From: an uncultured Gemmatimonadales bacterium
GTDB taxonomy: Bacteria > Gemmatimonadota > Gemmatimonadetes > Longimicrobiales > RSA9
Assembly: GCA_963708135.1 (NCBI GenBank)
Contig: OY970192.1
Span: 768,001-832,000, forward strand
DNA: 64,000 nt
Direction: 5' to 3'
The translations under genes and the position numbers were made by a program. Each line of letters starts with the position of its first letter. The stretch's first letter is position 1. Below the pieces are notes generated by a model. It was not told the DNA's origin. It did not search any database and saw only the letters and a list, made by a program, of their open reading frames with translations. Of this stretch, positions 61,067 to 64,000 are shown one piece after another.

Positions 61067-62029
61067 CTAAAGAGAGGAGGGGTGGGTGGGCCGTGTGAGA
61101 TGGGCCGGGTGAGTGCGGGCGTGCACCTGCTTGAGGCGGGCGATGGAGACGCGGGTGTAGAGCTGGGTGGTGGAGAGCTGGGCATGACCGAGCATCTCCT
61201 GGATGTCGCGGATGTCGGCGCCGCCCTCGAGCATGAGGGTGGCCATGGTGTGGCGAAAGAGGTGGCAGGAGCCGCTCTTGCCGAGGTCAGCCGCGGCCAC
61301 GTAGCGGCGCACCAGCTCAGAGAGACGATTGGCCCGGAGCCGCCGTCCGCGGCGGGAGAGAAAGAGGAGTCCGTGATCGGGCGGCACGAGCAGGTGCGGC
61401 CGCACATCCGAGAGGTAGCGCTGGGCCCAGGCGAGCGCCCGCTCCCCGACGGGCACCAGCCGGTCGCGTCGTCCCTTGCCCTCGCGCACGAAGAGACTGC
61501 CGCGGGCAGGATCGATGTCCACCAGGCGGAGCCGGATGAGTTCGGTGCGACGGATCCCGGTCGAGTAGAGCACCTCGAGGAGCGTGCGGTCCCGCACCCC
61601 GAGCAGGGTTGACAGATCCGGCTGCGCAAGCACCCGCTCCGCTTCGTCGCTGGTGAGCACGGCGCCGGGCAGGTGATGGGCTCGCCTGGGCAGCTCGAGG
61701 TCGGCCGCGGGGTTGTAGGGCAGGCGGTGGGTCCGCACGAGCCACTTCAACAGGCCCTTGATGGCGATGAGCTTCTGCGCCTGTGCGCCCCAGCCCAGCG
61801 GCTGTCCGTTCTTCTGCCGCTGCTGGAAGAGCGCCGTGCGATAGCGCTCGAGGAGCGGCAGCGAGAGATCCTGCACGGTCTCGACGCCGCGCTCCTCGCA
61901 CCAGGTGCGGAAGTGGTTCAGGTAGCTTTTGCGGCTGCGCACCGTGTGCGGCGAGTAGGCCGCGGCCGCAAGCGCGGCCAGGTGCAGCGCGATGAGCGTG
62001 GCGAGTTCGCTCTCCGCGGCCGCACTCAT
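61067..62029 (-). CDS. XerC/XerD-type tyrosine recombinase
   Basis: One amino-acid difference from copy 1 (PDLF vs PDLS). Confidence 0.93.
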   Translation of the reverse strand: MSAAAESELATLIALHLAALAAAAYSPHTVRSRKSYLNHFRTWCEERGVETVQDLSLPLLERYRTALFQQRQKNGQPLGWGAQAQKLIAIKGLLKWLVRTHRLPYNPAADLELPRRAHHLPGAVLTSDEAERVLAQPDLSTLLGVRDRTLLEVLYSTGIRRTELIRLRLVDIDPARGSLFVREGKGRRDRLVPVGERALAWAQRYLSDVRPHLLVPPDHGLLFLSRRGRRLRANRLSELVRRYVAAADLGKSGSCHLFRHTMATLMLEGGADIRDIQEMLGHAQLSTTQLYTRVSIARLKQVHARTHPAHLTRPTHPSSL

Positions 62030-64000
62030 GCGTCCGCCGGGCCGTGATGGCCATTGCCCGAGGGAGCGGTTGCGACTACGTACGATTCCAGCCGCTCGTC
62101 GCCCTGAGATGGCTTTTCCAGTCTTTCTTTAGCAGCTAAAGAAGGGATCCGACTGACAGGAGCGGAGTTAGTACCGCTCGAAGCACCCCGGCCCCGGCCC
62201 GACCTCCCGCCGGCCGGGGGCCGACCGGACCCCGACCGCTCCACTCGGAGCCCCGACCGCTTCGCGTCATAGCCACCCTCGTGCAACGCCTCCACCTCGA
62301 TCAGCCCCGGCAGAAACGCCTCACCTCCCATCCCCTGGCCCCGGTAGAGCAGCTCATAGGTGTAGCGCGGCCCCACCCGGTGCATGAGCACGTACTCGAG
62401 ATCCACCAGTCGGCCCAGATGGATCTTTGTCTGCGTCGCACCCGTCGCGAGCGCCTCGCGCACCGACCGGGCTGTGAAGCGGAAGGTCTCCGGCTCGACC
62501 GTCTCACGACTGCACTCCTCGATGGCCCACTCGTTGAGCGCCTCCAGGAAACGGCGCGTCTGCGGCGGCAGCTCATCCAGCGATCTCCCCAGCACCGCGG
62601 CCGCCAGCCGGTTCGCGACCTCGATATCCTCTCGAGTGACTTCGATGTAGTCGATCCGCTCACCACCCCGCTCCGCCTGCTTCACCTCGCGCTGGTACTG
62701 GTGCAGCAACGCGATCGCATCCATCAGCGTCAGGTACTTCTCGTGATCGCGCCGCGTGCGGGTGCACGTGTCCAGAAACGTGAGCTGCGGCGCGTACGGG
62801 TTCACCACCGCCAGCGGTCGGAGCAGTCGCTGCGCGTTCTGATGCAGTCGCACCAGGGCATTCCCCTCCCGCCGTGCCAGCAGGCCCTCCAGTGTGCGCC
62901 GCGCCCGTTGCCGCTCGTGCACGCGCCGCGTCTGCGCGCGCGCCTCATCCACACTCAGCACCAGCGCCCGATTGAGCAGTTCCTCGTCCAGGTCCGTGGC
63001 CGTCGTGGTCAGCATGATCGCCACCGGCCCCTCCACCCGGTACTCCTCCGTCACCAGCCGGCCCGTGTGCGGATCCTTGCCCGTACTCGCGATGCTCAGC
63101 GTCCCCTCGCTCTGCAGCAGCTTGAGCGCGTAGCTCGCCCGCTCCGCACCTTCTTCTTCCACCACCGCCAGCACCTTGTGGCGCAGGTCCCGCCCGCCCA
63201 TGTAGAAGAGGCTCTGCCCCGTCATGGCGGAGTACTCGATGCGCTCCTCTTCAGGCACGAAGCCCAGCACCGCATCGAGCAGGCTCGTCTTGCCCGCCGC
63301 ACTGCTGCTCTGCACGATCACCGCGAGCGGCCGCTCCAGCTTCCGGCTCACGCTCGCCAGATAGCCCACCAGCTTGTTCGTCTCCTCGCCTACCACCCCC
63401 ACCGCCTCGAAAGCACCGAGTACCTGCTCCAGCAGGTCGGGGGCGCGCAGCAGATCGAGCGCCGCGGCCTCCTCCCCCTCCGAGAGCTCGGGCGGCTTCT
63501 GTTCCCGGGGCGTGAGCGCATCGCGGAGTCGCTCCTCCTGCAGCGTCTCCAGCGCCAGCAGCACCTGGCCCAGCTCCGTCTTGAGCGCCGGCTCCGGGGC
63601 GCCGAGCTCGCTGGCGGCTTGCTTGAGGTAGGCCGTGCGCTGCTTGGCCGCGTACAGGTCCAGCGTGTCCACGTGCAGCGCCGCGCCCTGACGTACCAGC
63701 AGGTTGATCCGCAGCGCGTCCGCACTCGTGTTCTTCTCCAGCCCCCGCACCCGGTAACTCCGCTCGCCCGCGCGCAGCACGACCTCATGCTCACCCACCT
63801 CCACCGGCAGCGGCGGGGTGGGCGCGGCGGGAAGCGGAGAGGCAGACGGCACAGAGGGAGAGGAGGCGGCTAAAGGAGAGGAGGTCGAGGCCTTCGCAGT
63901 GGAGTGCGACGTGCCGGACACCCCCACTGATAGCTCATCCGCACCTGGCTCGTCCGGAGGACGTGCGGACTTCGCCGCGGGCGTTGCACGGCCACCGCCC
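62026..64000 (-). CDS. primase/P-loop protein, 3' part (start outside window)
   Basis: Identical to the C-terminal part of 51844-54891. Confidence 0.88.
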   Translation of the reverse strand, partial: GGGRATPAAKSARPPDEPGADELSVGVSGTSHSTAKASTSSPLAASSPSVPSASPLPAAPTPPLPVEVGEHEVVLRAGERSYRVRGLEKNTSADALRINLLVRQGAALHVDTLDLYAAKQRTAYLKQAASELGAPEPALKTELGQVLLALETLQEERLRDALTPREQKPPELSEGEEAAALDLLRAPDLLEQVLGAFEAVGVVGEETNKLVGYLASVSRKLERPLAVIVQSSSAAGKTSLLDAVLGFVPEEERIEYSAMTGQSLFYMGGRDLRHKVLAVVEEEGAERASYALKLLQSEGTLSIASTGKDPHTGRLVTEEYRVEGPVAIMLTTTATDLDEELLNRALVLSVDEARAQTRRVHERQRARRTLEGLLARREGNALVRLHQNAQRLLRPLAVVNPYAPQLTFLDTCTRTRRDHEKYLTLMDAIALLHQYQREVKQAERGGERIDYIEVTREDIEVANRLAAAVLGRSLDELPPQTRRFLEALNEWAIEECSRETVEPETFRFTARSVREALATGATQTKIHLGRLVDLEYVLMHRVGPRYTYELLYRGQGMGGEAFLPGLIEVEALHEGGYDAKRSGLRVERSGSGRPPAGGRSGRGRGASSGTNSAPVSRIPSLAAKERLEKPSQGDERLESYVVATAPSGNGHHGPADA

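Larger units (their letters stand above)
60194..64000 (-). mobile_element. integrase/primase element copy 2 (continues beyond window)
   Basis: Near-identical to 50012-53818 at an offset of 10182 bp. Confidence 0.9.

Overview
High-GC bacterial window; the gene content is compatible with Gemmatimonadota (inference). About 1-40.1 kb is ordinary chromosome: glgE, a TolC/MFP/RND pump, an ABC exporter, a ubiD/ubiA/ubiX cluster, mutM, purD, blaI/blaR1-like genes, a cystathionine lyase/synthase, glmM, glmS, dtd and maf. From about 40.2 kb to the end lies an Rhs polymorphic-toxin locus on the minus strand, with one 5'-truncated Rhs and four orphan toxin-tip/immunity cassettes. Two unrelated mobile systems appear to have built it. 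(1) IS110-family elements: two with intact recombinases and two remnants. Each appears to carry an Rhs toxin tip plus immunity gene as cargo, and has a structured non-coding region downstream of the recombinase that looks like a bridge RNA. One loop covaries with each element's own ends (donor-like). It is followed by 2-3 tandem stem-loops, several carrying the guide ATAATCCG that matches the conserved Rhs 'N-P' codons just before YTDPxG (target-like). Insertion would fuse a new toxin tip in frame to the Rhs core and push the old tip downstream, i.e. RNA-guided toxin swapping. (2) Two near-identical XerC/D-type integrase + primase + HicAB elements, joined to Rhs DNA at the TQEDP motif about 66 bp upstream, apparently with the same logic. 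An IS256 and a decayed IS21 have inserted into the IS110 elements. All assignments are by eye; no searches were run.
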